From: Myxococcales bacterium
Lineage (GTDB): Bacteria; Myxococcota_A; UBA9042; UBA3505
Length of the DNA stretch: 57,788 bases
Assembly (NCBI GenBank): GCA_963578775.1
Contig: CAUZEG010000005.1
Location: 1-57,788, forward strand
Direction: 5' to 3'
Within the stretch, counting starts at the first letter, position 1. Each line of letters starts with the position of its first letter. Positions 39,615 to 49,939 of this stretch are shown here, one piece after another. Both the position numbers and the translations under genes were made by a program. Under the pieces are notes generated by a model. That model saw only the letters and a list, made by a program, of their open reading frames with translations, was not told where the DNA came from and did no database searches.

Positions 39615-40685
39615 CTAGCAAATTCCACTGGATTGGGATCCCGTGGGCAGTCTAAGGCCCCGTGTTTTGGGGGGATCCGTGAGTCCCGGCCGGATCTGCA
39701 ACTTGCGTCCTTTTTCCAATCCGTCGCTATGTGCACGGCCAGTCCGGTAGCCCGCAGAGCGCATGCGATAGCATTGCGGATGGCGTGTTCGTAGAAAATC
39801 GGAGAGCCCGCGATCACCCAGCCAGACCAGGCCGCGTTCCTGCTGCTTCACTTTTTGCTGGCGGAGCCGCTCTCGGAAGCCCATTAGAACACCCACTCGG
39901 AACTGTTTTCGCGCCGAACGGCCCATCTTACCCGAATTTCGACGGTAATCGGCCCACAGTTCGTCGAGAACACGATGGAGGTACTCGTGGGTATAACCGG
40001 CCAGTTTCAGATTCTCCTGGCGTCCTAGAGCCTCAAGAACCCGAACCTGGCGCCGGGTGGACGGTATATCGGTGGAAACCCAGATACATTGGACAAAGAA
40101 GAACTCCTGCAAGATCGAGGCGATCAGCTTATGCTCAAGTGGGATCCGTCCAAGCCCGGGGCCCAGGATCTGAAAGCCATATTTGTCCGGGGCTGCGACC
40201 TCATCCTGGGAGATATTATGTTTCAACATCAGCCGAAAGGCGTTCGCCATGGCGGTTTCGGCCTCATTTCGATTGGACGAGTTGGACAGCCGAAGGAGTT
40301 TCTGTACTCGCTCCACGGCCCGGTTGCCTGCGCTCGAAGTCGCGGCCGGTGAGTCGACTCCAAGATAACTACAGGCCTTGCGGAACAGGGCCCCGTGGGG
40401 TTTTGCATATTCCGCGCCGAAGCCTTCGCTCACGAATTGATGGGCCATTTCGTGGCGTAGGGTCTGTTCGACTTCGAGGGCCGTGGCCGTACGGATATGA
40501 TGCAGACTGATCCCCAGAGTTCGGGTCTGGGCGTTCCAATGACCCAGGCGATGGCGGCCCGGATCCAGAGAAAAGACCGGTGGTTTCAGGGCGTTCGAGA
40601 GATCGGTATGGTTGATGCGGGCCCAAGCATCCCGCAACCAGAGAAGGCAGCTCCGTTGCTCTTCCGGGGGTGTTGTAGCTGTCAC
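39615..40685 (-). CDS. SprT-like metalloprotease / DUF2786 domain protein
   Basis: LRHEMAH...HG..F motif, followed by RVQKLLRLSNSSNRNEAETA (DUF2786-like). Confidence 0.85.
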   Translation of the reverse strand: MTATTPPEEQRSCLLWLRDAWARINHTDLSNALKPPVFSLDPGRHRLGHWNAQTRTLGISLHHIRTATALEVEQTLRHEMAHQFVSEGFGAEYAKPHGALFRKACSYLGVDSPAATSSAGNRAVERVQKLLRLSNSSNRNEAETAMANAFRLMLKHNISQDEVAAPDKYGFQILGPGLGRIPLEHKLIASILQEFFFVQCIWVSTDIPSTRRQVRVLEALGRQENLKLAGYTHEYLHRVLDELWADYRRNSGKMGRSARKQFRVGVLMGFRERLRQQKVKQQERGLVWLGDRGLSDFLRTRHPQCYRMRSAGYRTGRAHSDGLEKGRKLQIRPGLTDPPKTRGLRLPTGSQSSGIC

Positions 40686-40844
40686 TTCTGGGCCCTCCTT
40701 ATGACCACTGTTGGATAGTCGACTCTTTCGGGGGGCACGTCCAGACTATTTTCCATGGCCCAGCGGATCCGCCGAGGGAATATCTGTATAGTGTCCATTC
40801 GTTCCATACAACGCATAGGCCTGTGTTGATTATGTGTCGTCGAG

Positions 40845-41069
40845 TTGACCTTGGAGCCCATTTTGAAATCACGTCTTTCTGCTGTACTGAAAATTACGAT
40901 TCTGTTGATGATTATTGCGGTTTGTATCCTTTGTAATCTTCATCTATTGGATATTATCGAACAAACTGAACTATCGGTTGCGGTGGTCAAAACCATCGGA
41001 GTGACCGGGCTGGTTGGCATTGCTGCTCTGGCCGTTGCGGCATTGACCTGTCCGCGACAGGCCTCTTAA
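40845..41069 (+). CDS. Small two-TM membrane protein
   Basis: 74 aa with two hydrophobic segments; fills an intergenic gap; TTG start. Confidence 0.45.
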   Translation: MTLEPILKSRLSAVLKITILLMIIAVCILCNLHLLDIIEQTELSVAVVKTIGVTGLVGIAALAVAALTCPRQAS

Positions 41070-43051
41070 CTGCGAATCAGTAGAGATCCGGTAACGGCAT
41101 CGCCCTCGGGGAAGCCTGGCATCGACGGGAAATCCGGCGATGGGCCTGCCGATTTGATGGATTTGATGGCAATGCCCTGGCTGTTAGCAGCGTCCCGGAG
41201 AATGGGATCCAGCGAGCCGCGTGCCCGACGGTCATTCCGGGTTACGAGCAATACACCACCGGGACTCAAACGAGCCAATACGGCTTCGATGAGCGCACCC
41301 ACATCCCGTTTGACGGACCAGAAACGACGGCCGGATGCCGCGGCTGTAGGCGGGTCAAGAATGATGCCATCAAAGCGTTCCTCCGCGTTGAGACGCTCAA
41401 GAAATCTACGTGCATCGCTTTTTCTGGTGACATGATCCCGATCGGTCAGGCCGTTCAATGCCAGGTTGTCGTTCAGCCAGTGCAGGTACGGTGCCGATAG
41501 ATCAACACTGGTTATATGTTCGACCCCGGCATGCAGAAGAGCCACTGAAAAGGCGCCGGTATGACAAAATAGGTTCAACCATCGGGGTCGTCCTGGGCAG
41601 AGCCTGACGAGTCGCTCCCGATTTACCCGTTGATCCATGAACAGGCCTACCCCGGGGACCGCCTTGTTGGGTGTTGTCAGTCCGGTCCGTACCCGATAGC
41701 TGAGACCATTTTCCTGCACCAGAAGACGGTCGGAAGCTACATCATCGGAAAGGGGGCCAGCCGTATGTTGTACACATTGCACGTCTCCCTGTGGACGCGG
41801 GCGAAGGTGCATTACCTCGATGACGGTCGGCTCGTGTCCCAGAACCTCGCCGAGCTGCTGTCGTAGTTCATTGATAGCCCGATCCTTAAAACCGAGGCAT
41901 GCGCCTCCAGCGACTAAAACGCGTAGGACGGGCCCAAGCCGGTCGATGAACAGCCCTCCGAAACCGTCCGCTTCACCGTGGATTAGTCGAAAGGCATCGG
42001 TAGGTTTGTCGCCGTTGCTGGATTCAAAGAGGGGTTTTCGCTTTTCGATGGCGTTCGATACCCGCTCCTCGACGGAAGGCTGGGGGAGTTCCGTCTTGGT
42101 TGACCAGAGCCTCGCAACCAGCTTATTTGGCCCTTCGATATGGGCGTATCCAAGGGGTGTATCGCCGCATAGTACCTGGACCTGGCTTCCGATAGGAAAG
42201 CGTCCAGTATCACTTGTATCGTCGTCTTTTAAGATCCATGGATGCCCTTGTTTCAAGATCCGTTGCGTGGCGTTTGAGACCTGGAAGCTCTCCTGACCAT
42301 CCACCATGAACACCGGCTCGTTCGGCCAGAAGGAATCGGGTGGGTCCAGGGTCAGATTTACTGAGGAACTCTCTGCTTGATAGAGCCAGAGACGTAAACC
42401 GCCATCCACCATGATTCCACCGTGTTGGGCGTCTCCGAGCACTGGATATCCGGCTCTGGCCAGCTGGGTACGGATAGATTCGTAGCCCGAAGCTGTACAC
42501 TGCAGTTCGACCTCCGTCAGTTGATCCCGGTTGGATAGGACGCGAAAGTGGACGGCGGTGCTCTTCTTGGTCCCATCGGCTTGAAGGACGCCGTTGCTAT
42601 ACGGCAGATGCGGGACGATCGCCCGGTATGTGGCGGTTGATTCCGATTTGGAAACCAGTATTAGCCCCGCTGCACCAGTGCTGGGCTGAAGGGTAGAATA
42701 ATTGGCCGTGGCCAGGTCGAGAGAATGGGGTTCGAGAAGTTCCTGGATTTCCTCTTCGGTGAAGGTGAAAGTTTCCAGGTTGAGAGGAATTCGGAATGCC
42801 GCATGGTTTTCCGTGCTCTCCACGAGGACTGGGGGCGTTCGTGTCTGTGATACTTCGCCGGGCTGGGCCGTGACGGTAATAAGAGAGCCTGGCGGGATAC
42901 GCATATTCGCATCTTGCACATGACGTCCGCCCACCTTGATCCCTCGTTGTCGAAGGGTGGTGGTTATCTGGCGCTGGCTCACATGGGGCCAGGCTCGTGC
43001 CAGGAGGGCAGTGAGGCGGAGATGTTCTCCAGGCGCGCGAAACTTCAGCAT
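41066..43051 (-). CDS. Fusion of a degenerate RluA-like pseudouridine synthase domain and an RlmI-type SAM-dependent rRNA methyltransferase
   Basis: N-terminal S4-like region and IRTQLARAGYPVLGD; then GHPWI (PUA), RLIHGEADG, GLFMDQR, LNLFCHTGAFS and IILDPP. Confidence 0.82.
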   Translation of the reverse strand: MLKFRAPGEHLRLTALLARAWPHVSQRQITTTLRQRGIKVGGRHVQDANMRIPPGSLITVTAQPGEVSQTRTPPVLVESTENHAAFRIPLNLETFTFTEEEIQELLEPHSLDLATANYSTLQPSTGAAGLILVSKSESTATYRAIVPHLPYSNGVLQADGTKKSTAVHFRVLSNRDQLTEVELQCTASGYESIRTQLARAGYPVLGDAQHGGIMVDGGLRLWLYQAESSSVNLTLDPPDSFWPNEPVFMVDGQESFQVSNATQRILKQGHPWILKDDDTSDTGRFPIGSQVQVLCGDTPLGYAHIEGPNKLVARLWSTKTELPQPSVEERVSNAIEKRKPLFESSNGDKPTDAFRLIHGEADGFGGLFIDRLGPVLRVLVAGGACLGFKDRAINELRQQLGEVLGHEPTVIEVMHLRPRPQGDVQCVQHTAGPLSDDVASDRLLVQENGLSYRVRTGLTTPNKAVPGVGLFMDQRVNRERLVRLCPGRPRWLNLFCHTGAFSVALLHAGVEHITSVDLSAPYLHWLNDNLALNGLTDRDHVTRKSDARRFLERLNAEERFDGIILDPPTAAASGRRFWSVKRDVGALIEAVLARLSPGGVLLVTRNDRRARGSLDPILRDAANSQGIAIKSIKSAGPSPDFPSMPGFPEGDAVTGSLLIRS

Positions 43052-43068
43052 GAGAAACGTTCGTCCCT

Positions 43069-43099
43069 AAAAAAAAGCCCGGGAACGGGCCCGGGCTTT
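43069..43099 (-). terminator. Rho-independent terminator downstream of the small Cys-rich protein gene
   Basis: aaagcccggg-aacggg-cccgggcttt perfect stem ending in a T8 run on the minus strand. Confidence 0.85.
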
Positions 43100-43124
43100 C
43101 TTCGTAGATAGTCGATGACCGGAA

Positions 43125-43439
43125 TCAGCGAATAAGTGTTGGCCATAGTGAACGGAATGTATCGGTGATATCCAGTTCTTGTGGAGTGTCATAGCCGAAG
43201 ACATCTGCCTTACAGGTCTTTACGTTTCCAGCTGTTGAGCAGGATCGGGTACCTGTGATTTTACATCCAGCCTTACGGCAGTCGGCCCTCTCTCCCTGGC
43301 ATTGGTCGGCCCCAGCACAGCTTCCAGAGCTGTCCTTGGCACACATGAAGCAGTCGGCTGCGTAGGTGCTCGTAGAGAAGGAAATCAAACCCAGGGCTAA
43401 TAGGGCGGCTCCGAGAACTTGAAGAAAACGTGATCGCAT
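43125..43439 (-). CDS. Small secreted 8-Cys protein (104 aa)
   Basis: ATG at 43439 after GGAGGAG; Sec signal ending STYA-A; Cys-rich core followed by an acidic tail. Confidence 0.78.
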   Translation of the reverse strand: MRSRFLQVLGAALLALGLISFSTSTYAADCFMCAKDSSGSCAGADQCQGERADCRKAGCKITGTRSCSTAGNVKTCKADVFGYDTPQELDITDTFRSLWPTLIR

Positions 43440-43558
43440 AGCTCCTCCCATAATTGGAATTTGGAGGACGATAATACCACCTCTGTGGATGGGCCTCAAA
43501 CGTGGTTTTCAAACGACGTGCAGGACCGCTCCATTCGGGTATCAGTACGGTATCTGGC

Positions 43559-44956
43559 TCAGCTCGCGGCCCGGCCGATTTTCCGCAATTTACGGGGGAG
43601 ACCTGGAGGATCAAAGGGCTCAATTCCCCGTTCGCCGTATTTATCCGCGTATTCTTTGCGGATACCCAGGCACTTGCTCTTTCCGGCGCATTCCTGGCAG
43701 GCGTCGCCATAATAGCGGCCCGACAGATCCTGCCCATCAAATTCGTCCCGGTCCACCCAGGAGATGAGATCGGGTGCTTCGTGAAAGATACAGGGCGGGA
43801 ACCCGCAGGAGCCCGTAACGTCGATTTCGATATTGGTCTTCTGAAGAATTCGAATTGCTTCGACGAGGTAGGGCCGAAGTTCATCCAGGGGAACGATCGC
43901 TCGAGCCGACATCGATGCATCGTAATATTTGCTAGGATGCGAATAGACCATCTTTACGACCGGATTGGCCGGGTAGGCCTCTACAAATCGTTCTACGACC
44001 ATTCGGGCGTGATCGGGGAGCCCCTTGAAATTGGCGTGCTCTATAACCGTATTCAGATGTACCGGAATACCAGCTTCCAGGCAGGCTTCCGTTCCCTGAA
44101 CGGTGCGACGGAACGTGCCAGGGGCTCTCATCATTCGATTAGAGGTTTCTGGATCGGCACTATGAAGCGACACGAAAACATGGTGCAGTCCCGCGTCGCG
44201 TAATTTTTCCAGGTAGTTCGGTTTGGCCAGTCTGATCGCATTGGTCTGGATTGAGGCCATCATGTCGTGGGTCTGCGTTGCCCGTTCAATAATGGTGGGG
44301 AGCAATTTGTGGATGGTGGGTTCCCCGCCGGTTATTGCCAGATTCCGTACCCCGGCTGCGGCCATATGATCGAGCCATTGGAAGTAGAAGTCGTGTGGGG
44401 GATCGGGCCAGTCTCTTCCCTGCCAACAGAACCAACAGTCCTGATTACATCGGAAACCCAATCGTAGAGTACCCATGGGGCCTGATTGGGGATTGAGTGT
44501 CAGTTGCCGATACATGGAGTCATTGACTTCCCTGTAGGGTATAAACTGCTGGAAAATGGTTCGGTATTCTTCCAGGACCGGGTGTTTATCTGCCGACATG
44601 ATTTGTTCAAAGCGCTTTCGGATGGCGGTTAGAAACGGCACATACTCGGGGTCTTGTAGCGGATCGCGACCATCCTCCAGATTGTGGTAGCCAATCTGGA
44701 GCCCCCTGGCGCTGACCCAGCCGGGGCGGTCCGACGAAATATCGCCAAACTCCAGCCGGAAGGGCTGGGAGTCATTGGTCAGGATGGTGGCTTGTACAGT
44801 TCCGAGTTCGGATTCTGGACCATACTCAACGAGATCCCAATCCAGATGCAATGAAGACGGAAGTCCCAGCAGGGCTTTGAGCTTCTCCGCTACCAGCCCA
44901 CGGAGGGCCGGCACGAAAGGTCGAAATGCCTGTTTTTGTTGAGCGCCCTTAATCAT
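43559..44956 (-). CDS. Radical SAM protein (HxsC-like, with C-terminal Cys cluster)
   Basis: CNQDCWFC, TGGEPT, QTNA and VSLH motifs; GFPPC...CQEC...C.G at the C-terminus. Confidence 0.88.
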   Translation of the reverse strand: MIKGAQQKQAFRPFVPALRGLVAEKLKALLGLPSSLHLDWDLVEYGPESELGTVQATILTNDSQPFRLEFGDISSDRPGWVSARGLQIGYHNLEDGRDPLQDPEYVPFLTAIRKRFEQIMSADKHPVLEEYRTIFQQFIPYREVNDSMYRQLTLNPQSGPMGTLRLGFRCNQDCWFCWQGRDWPDPPHDFYFQWLDHMAAAGVRNLAITGGEPTIHKLLPTIIERATQTHDMMASIQTNAIRLAKPNYLEKLRDAGLHHVFVSLHSADPETSNRMMRAPGTFRRTVQGTEACLEAGIPVHLNTVIEHANFKGLPDHARMVVERFVEAYPANPVVKMVYSHPSKYYDASMSARAIVPLDELRPYLVEAIRILQKTNIEIDVTGSCGFPPCIFHEAPDLISWVDRDEFDGQDLSGRYYGDACQECAGKSKCLGIRKEYADKYGERGIEPFDPPGLPRKLRKIGRAAS

Positions 44957-45183
44957 CTACATCCAGGATTCCGTCCTGCTGATAATACGCCAAGCTATAC
45001 GGCATTACCTTCGTAACCGCCAACAAGTTGAATCTGCATGCAGTTCAACAAATCAAAAGATGCCAAACCAAATTAAAGGAAAACTGCGGCCACGTAAAGG
45101 GAATGGCAATGGAAGCGCGGCAGTGACGTCCACTGATTCATGGGAAACGAACTACAAATAGGTATAAGAAAATTCGCAATCAC

Positions 45184-45222
45184 TTGACTTTTTGAAAGCG
45201 ATATTGAAAACTAATATCAATA
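45184..45222 (+). promoter_or_regulatory. Fur-box-like operator overlapping a probable promoter of bfd-bfr
   Basis: 19-bp ATTGAAAACTAATATCAAT (45203-45221), an ATTGA-N9-TCAAT inverted repeat; TTGACT -35-like hexamer at 45184. Confidence 0.65.
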
Positions 45223-45241
45223 ACGAGCAGGAACCGATGCC

Positions 45242-45469
45242 GTGATTATCTGTCTTTGTGAAGGTGTGTCAGACCGTGAGGTGAAAGCCTTGGTAGGCAG
45301 TGGTGTGCGGAATGTCGCGGCCGTAGGGCGTATGTGTGGTGCGGGTCAGAACTGTGGCCAGTGCATGAAATCCATCCAACGTCTGCTCAATGGCTGCGGG
45401 GCGCGCGAGGGTACTCAGCGCGATCTGGGCGCAACCCATTGTCAAGGCGAGGAACGTGCGTTAGATTAA
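45242..45469 (+). CDS. bfd: Bacterioferritin-associated ferredoxin
   Basis: IICLC...GQNCGQC; adjacent to bfr. Confidence 0.92.
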   Translation: MIICLCEGVSDREVKALVGSGVRNVAAVGRMCGAGQNCGQCMKSIQRLLNGCGAREGTQRDLGATHCQGEERALD

Positions 45470-45502
45470 CCCCTGAATCAATGTTCTTCAGAGGTGACAA
45501 TC

Positions 45503-45979
45503 GTGCGTGGTGATAAGAAAGTCGTCGAGATTCTCAATGACGTCCTGACCGGTGAGTTGACTGCCATTAATCAGTATTTCCTGCATTCGGAGATGTTGGC
45601 CAACTGGGGCTATGACCGTTTGCATAAGAAGGTGCGTAAAGAGTCAATCGACGAAATGCGCCATGCGGAATCGTTGATGGAACGTGTCCTCTACCTGGGT
45701 GGCCTACCCAATGTGCAACGACTGGGTCCTATTCAGATTGGCGAGAATGTAGAGGAGATGTTGCGCAGTGATCTGGCTCTGGAAGAGGAAGCACTGCCGC
45801 GACTGAACGAGGGAATCAAACATTGCCGGTCTGTGGGCGATAATGGAACACGGGCCTTATTGGAAGATATCCTTCGGTCGGAAGAAGACCATGTGGATTG
45901 GATCGAGGCGCAGATCGATCAGATCGACCAGATGGGCCTGGAAAATTATCTGGCCGCACAGGTGCGCGAGGAAAAATAG
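45503..45979 (+). CDS. bfr: Bacterioferritin
   Basis: GTG after GAGGT; ELTAINQYFLH, ESIDEMRHA and EEDHVDWIE motifs. Confidence 0.97.
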   Translation: MRGDKKVVEILNDVLTGELTAINQYFLHSEMLANWGYDRLHKKVRKESIDEMRHAESLMERVLYLGGLPNVQRLGPIQIGENVEEMLRSDLALEEEALPRLNEGIKHCRSVGDNGTRALLEDILRSEEDHVDWIEAQIDQIDQMGLENYLAAQVREEK

Positions 45980-46110
45980 AGCCCGGCTCCGCGCCTGATT
46001 TCGTGACCAGCAGGGGCTATTCGTGCCCCGATTCTTGACACCAGGGGCCGGTTCGTGGGAGATCTGCGACCCGAAATTCCCGCTGCGTAGTCCGCTAAGG
46101 AGAGTGCAAA

Positions 46111-46980
46111 ATGGCACGTATAGTCCGTTGTGGTTTGATTCAGACTTCGAACGCAATTTCCAGCTCGAATGATGTGCTGGCAATTCGCGACGCCATGATC
46201 GAAAAGCATATTCCGTTCATTCAGCAGGCCGCCGATCAAGGTGTACAGATCCTCTGTATGCAGGAAATCTTTACGGGCCCGTACTTCTGTGCCGAGCAAA
46301 CCATCAAGTGGTACGATATTGCCGAACCGATCCCGGATGGTCATACCACTCGTCTTATGCAGGAGCTGGCGGCCAAGCATAAGATGGTCATTGTTGTGCC
46401 CATCTACGAAGAAGAGTTACCGGGTGTATATTATAATACGGCCGCGGTGATCGATGCGGACGGTACCTACCTCGGTAAATACCGAAAGAACCATATTCCC
46501 CACTGTAATCCGGGCTTCTGGGAGAAGTTCTACTTCAAGCCGGGAAACCTCGGTTATCCCGTATTCGATACGCGCTACGGCAAAGTCGGCGTGTACATCT
46601 GTTACGATCGACATTTCCCAGAGGGAGCGCGGGCACTTGGACTGAATGGCGCCGAGATCGTCTTCAATCCTTCCGCCACGGTAGCGGGCCTCTCCGAATA
46701 CCTGTGGAAGCTGGAACAACCGGCGCACGCCGTGGCGAACCAGTATTTTGTCGGAGCCATCAACCGGGTTGGAATGGAAGAGCCCTGGAATATTGGTGAG
46801 TTCTACGGTCAGAGTTATTTCTGCGATCCGCGAGGTCAGTTCGTGACGGTGGCAAGCCGGGACAAGGACGAGTTGGTTGTGGCCGATCTGGATTTCGACC
46901 AATGTCGCGAAGTACGAAATGTCTGGCAGTTCTTCCGGGATCGACGTCCCGATAGTTACGACGATTTGGTGGAGGGCTGA
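46111..46980 (+). CDS. Beta-ureidopropionase (carbon-nitrogen hydrolase)
   Basis: Catalytic Glu/Lys/Cys motifs QEIF, YRKNHIP and ICYDRHFPE; WQFFRDRRP; context of pyrimidine catabolism. Confidence 0.88.
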   Translation: MARIVRCGLIQTSNAISSSNDVLAIRDAMIEKHIPFIQQAADQGVQILCMQEIFTGPYFCAEQTIKWYDIAEPIPDGHTTRLMQELAAKHKMVIVVPIYEEELPGVYYNTAAVIDADGTYLGKYRKNHIPHCNPGFWEKFYFKPGNLGYPVFDTRYGKVGVYICYDRHFPEGARALGLNGAEIVFNPSATVAGLSEYLWKLEQPAHAVANQYFVGAINRVGMEEPWNIGEFYGQSYFCDPRGQFVTVASRDKDELVVADLDFDQCREVRNVWQFFRDRRPDSYDDLVEG

Positions 46981-46984
46981 TCCC

Positions 46985-48463
46985 ATGGGCCTGGTCTATA
47001 AGAACTATATCAACGGTGAATGGGTCGATTCCAAGGCGACCGAGACGTTACCGAATATCAATCCGGCTAATTTTTCGCATAGCTGGGGTGAAATTCCGTT
47101 ATCGACGGTGGCCGAGACGAATCAGGCCATCGATGCGGCGGAAAAGGCCTTCGAGGCTTGGCGTGCGGTTCCGGCTCCCAAACGTGGAGACATCGTTCTC
47201 AAAGCGTGGAAGATCATGGAGGAGCGCGTCGAGGAGATCGCTCGCCATCTAAGCCGTGAAGAGGGAAAGATCTTCAAGGAAGCCCGGGGTGAATTGATGA
47301 AAACCCTCAACTGCCTCGAATATCTGGGTGGTGAAGGGCGACGACTTTCGGGCGTGAGCCGTGAGAGCGAGCTGCCGCGAAACTATGCCTATACCCGCCG
47401 TGAGCCTCTCGGTGTTGTCGGGTTGATCACACCCTGGAACTTCCCGGTAGCCATCCCGGCCTGGAAGATTGCGCCGGCATTGGTTGCCGGCAATACGGTT
47501 GTCCTGAAGCCATCCGAGCTCACGCCCCAGACGGCGTGCGATGTGGTGCAATGCTTTGTAGACGCCGGAGTTCCCAAGGGAGTCCTCAATATGGTGCATG
47601 GTCTGGGCGAGGTGGTCGGACATACGATCGTCAACGACGACCGGGTCCGCGCCATTTCCTTTACCGGCTCCAACGAGGTCGGCCATCTGATCTATGCTGA
47701 GGGGGCCGAGCGCGGCGCCCGGGTCCAATGCGAGATGGGCGGAAAAAACCCGATCATTGTGCTGGCCGATGCGGACCTGCCGCTGGCCGTCGAGGCCACC
47801 GCCCAGGGTGCCTTTGGTTCGACTGGACAGCGCTGTACGGCGACCAGCCGCGCCATCGTGCACGAAGACGTGGCCGACGAATTTGTGGCCATGCTCACGG
47901 AAAAGATGAAGGGAATCGTCGCGGGCGATCCCCTCGATCCGGTTACGACCATGGGGCCGAGCGTAGATCGTGACCAGTTCGAGCGTGTTCTCGAATATCT
48001 GGCCATCGGCAGAGATGAGGCTAATCAGGTATTGGGCGGTCGACGGATGACGGATAATGGATTGGATGGAGGCTATTTTATCGAGCCTACGCTATTCGAC
48101 CATGTCTCACCCAACGCGCGAATCGCCCAGGAAGAGATCTTTGGTCCGGTCTTATGCGTCATTCGAGTGAAGAGTTTCGAAGAAGCCATCGATGTGGCCA
48201 ATAGCGTGAAGTACGGCCTGAGCTCCAGCCTGTACACCAATGACTATGCCTGCGTATTCGAATATATCGATCGCATTGAAACGGGTATCTGCCATGTGAA
48301 CTCGCCCACCATGGGTGGCGAGGCGCATATGCCCTTCGGCGGAATGAAGTCGACGGGGATCGGCGGCCGTGAAATGAACGAAGAGGCTATGGAGTTCTTT
48401 ACGGAGCTCAAGACCGTATATTTCGACTATACGGGCGCAGGCCGCACATCCAGCATGTACTGA
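46985..48463 (+). CDS. Aldehyde dehydrogenase
   Basis: ITPWNFP, FTGS, EMGGKNP, GQRCTA, EEIFGP and PFGG motifs. Confidence 0.95.
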   Translation: MGLVYKNYINGEWVDSKATETLPNINPANFSHSWGEIPLSTVAETNQAIDAAEKAFEAWRAVPAPKRGDIVLKAWKIMEERVEEIARHLSREEGKIFKEARGELMKTLNCLEYLGGEGRRLSGVSRESELPRNYAYTRREPLGVVGLITPWNFPVAIPAWKIAPALVAGNTVVLKPSELTPQTACDVVQCFVDAGVPKGVLNMVHGLGEVVGHTIVNDDRVRAISFTGSNEVGHLIYAEGAERGARVQCEMGGKNPIIVLADADLPLAVEATAQGAFGSTGQRCTATSRAIVHEDVADEFVAMLTEKMKGIVAGDPLDPVTTMGPSVDRDQFERVLEYLAIGRDEANQVLGGRRMTDNGLDGGYFIEPTLFDHVSPNARIAQEEIFGPVLCVIRVKSFEEAIDVANSVKYGLSSSLYTNDYACVFEYIDRIETGICHVNSPTMGGEAHMPFGGMKSTGIGGREMNEEAMEFFTELKTVYFDYTGAGRTSSMY

Positions 48464-48513
48464 TAGCTTGGATCTAGACTAGACGATTCGAAGCGGTACC
48501 AGGGGAGTAGGGC

Positions 48514-49935
48514 ATGAGCACGTCTTCAAATAATGAGATCATCTACGGTATCGACGATCAGCCGCCGATTGGGGAAACGATTGCCCTGGGACTGCAGCAT
48601 TATCTGACGATGCTCGGCTCTACCGTGGCGGTTCCGCTGTTTCTGAATGAATACTGCTTTCATATTGCAGATCCTCTGGAGCTGGCGGTGTTAATCTCCA
48701 CCATGTTCTTCGTGAGTGGAATCTGTACTATTCTTCAGTCCACCTGGGGAAATCGACTGCCTATCGTGCAGGGCGGTACCTTCTCTTTCATCGGTCCAAC
48801 CATAGCCATCTGTGCCATGGCCCATCTACAAGGTGGTGGTTGGGAAGTGAAGATGACCCATGTGCAGGGAGCCATTATTGTGGGTGGCGTGACCGAGGCG
48901 CTCATTGGCATGACGGGGCTCGCCGGTCGAATGCTCAAGTATATCGGCCCGATTACGATCGCGCCCACCATCACCCTGATCGGTATTTCTCTTTTCGGGG
49001 CGGGTTCTCACTTCGCCGGAAAAGACTGGGGTCTGGCGGCGATCACCATTGTATTGATTATCCTGTTCAGCCAGTACCTTCGAAACAAAGCGCGGGCGTT
49101 TCAGATGTATCCCATTCTATTGGCCCTTGGCTGTGCATGGGGGCTGGCAATCCTCCTTACCAAGCTGGGGATCTACGATGTGGCCGATCCGACTGATGCC
49201 CGAGCGGTAAAATGGGACAACGTAGCCAACTCCGACTGGTTGGGGATCCCCACACCGTTCCCATGGGGGACTCCCACCTTTGGGATGGCGGCGATCGTGG
49301 GTATGTTTGCCGGCTTCGTGGCCAGTATGATCGAGAGTATTGGCGATTATTATGCTTGTGCCCGTCTGGCCGGCGCCAAAGCACCGGACGCGAAGCAGGT
49401 GAACCGGGGAATCATGTTTGAGGGTATCGGCTGTGTGATAGCGGGTATCTTCGGAACCGGTAACGGCACCACCTCCTATAGCGAGAATATTGGTGCTATC
49501 GGTCTGACCAAGGTGGCGTCCCGCCGGGTGGTCCAGGCCGGGGCGATTATGATGATTTTTCTTGGGCTCTTTCCCAAGTTCGGGGCCGTCTTTACCACCA
49601 TCCCACAACCCATTGTGGGCGGTATGTTCTGCGCTCTTTTTGGGATGATCGCGGCGGTGGGGCTATCCAATCTGCAGTTTGTGGATCTGAATAGCGCACG
49701 AAACCTCTTCATTATCGGATTTGCCCTGTATATGGGCCTGGTGGTTCCGGAGTATGTGGGTAAGCAGCATCCAAACGGATTCGCGCTGGGAGAGACCTGG
49801 AATTGGTTCGGACAGATGGCCTATGCGATCTGTAAATCGGGCATGTCGGTGGGGGCTATTTTGGCCTTCACCCTGGATAATACCGTGCCGGGAACGGACG
49901 AAGAACGCGGGCTGATTGCCTGGCGACAGCAATAG
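48514..49935 (+). CDS. NCS2/NAT family nucleobase (uracil/xanthine) permease
   Basis: LGLQH, RLPIVQG and ESIGD motifs; NAT signature SYSENIGAIGLTKVASRRV. Confidence 0.93.
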   Translation: MSTSSNNEIIYGIDDQPPIGETIALGLQHYLTMLGSTVAVPLFLNEYCFHIADPLELAVLISTMFFVSGICTILQSTWGNRLPIVQGGTFSFIGPTIAICAMAHLQGGGWEVKMTHVQGAIIVGGVTEALIGMTGLAGRMLKYIGPITIAPTITLIGISLFGAGSHFAGKDWGLAAITIVLIILFSQYLRNKARAFQMYPILLALGCAWGLAILLTKLGIYDVADPTDARAVKWDNVANSDWLGIPTPFPWGTPTFGMAAIVGMFAGFVASMIESIGDYYACARLAGAKAPDAKQVNRGIMFEGIGCVIAGIFGTGNGTTSYSENIGAIGLTKVASRRVVQAGAIMMIFLGLFPKFGAVFTTIPQPIVGGMFCALFGMIAAVGLSNLQFVDLNSARNLFIIGFALYMGLVVPEYVGKQHPNGFALGETWNWFGQMAYAICKSGMSVGAILAFTLDNTVPGTDEERGLIAWRQQ

Positions 49936-49939
49936 AAGC

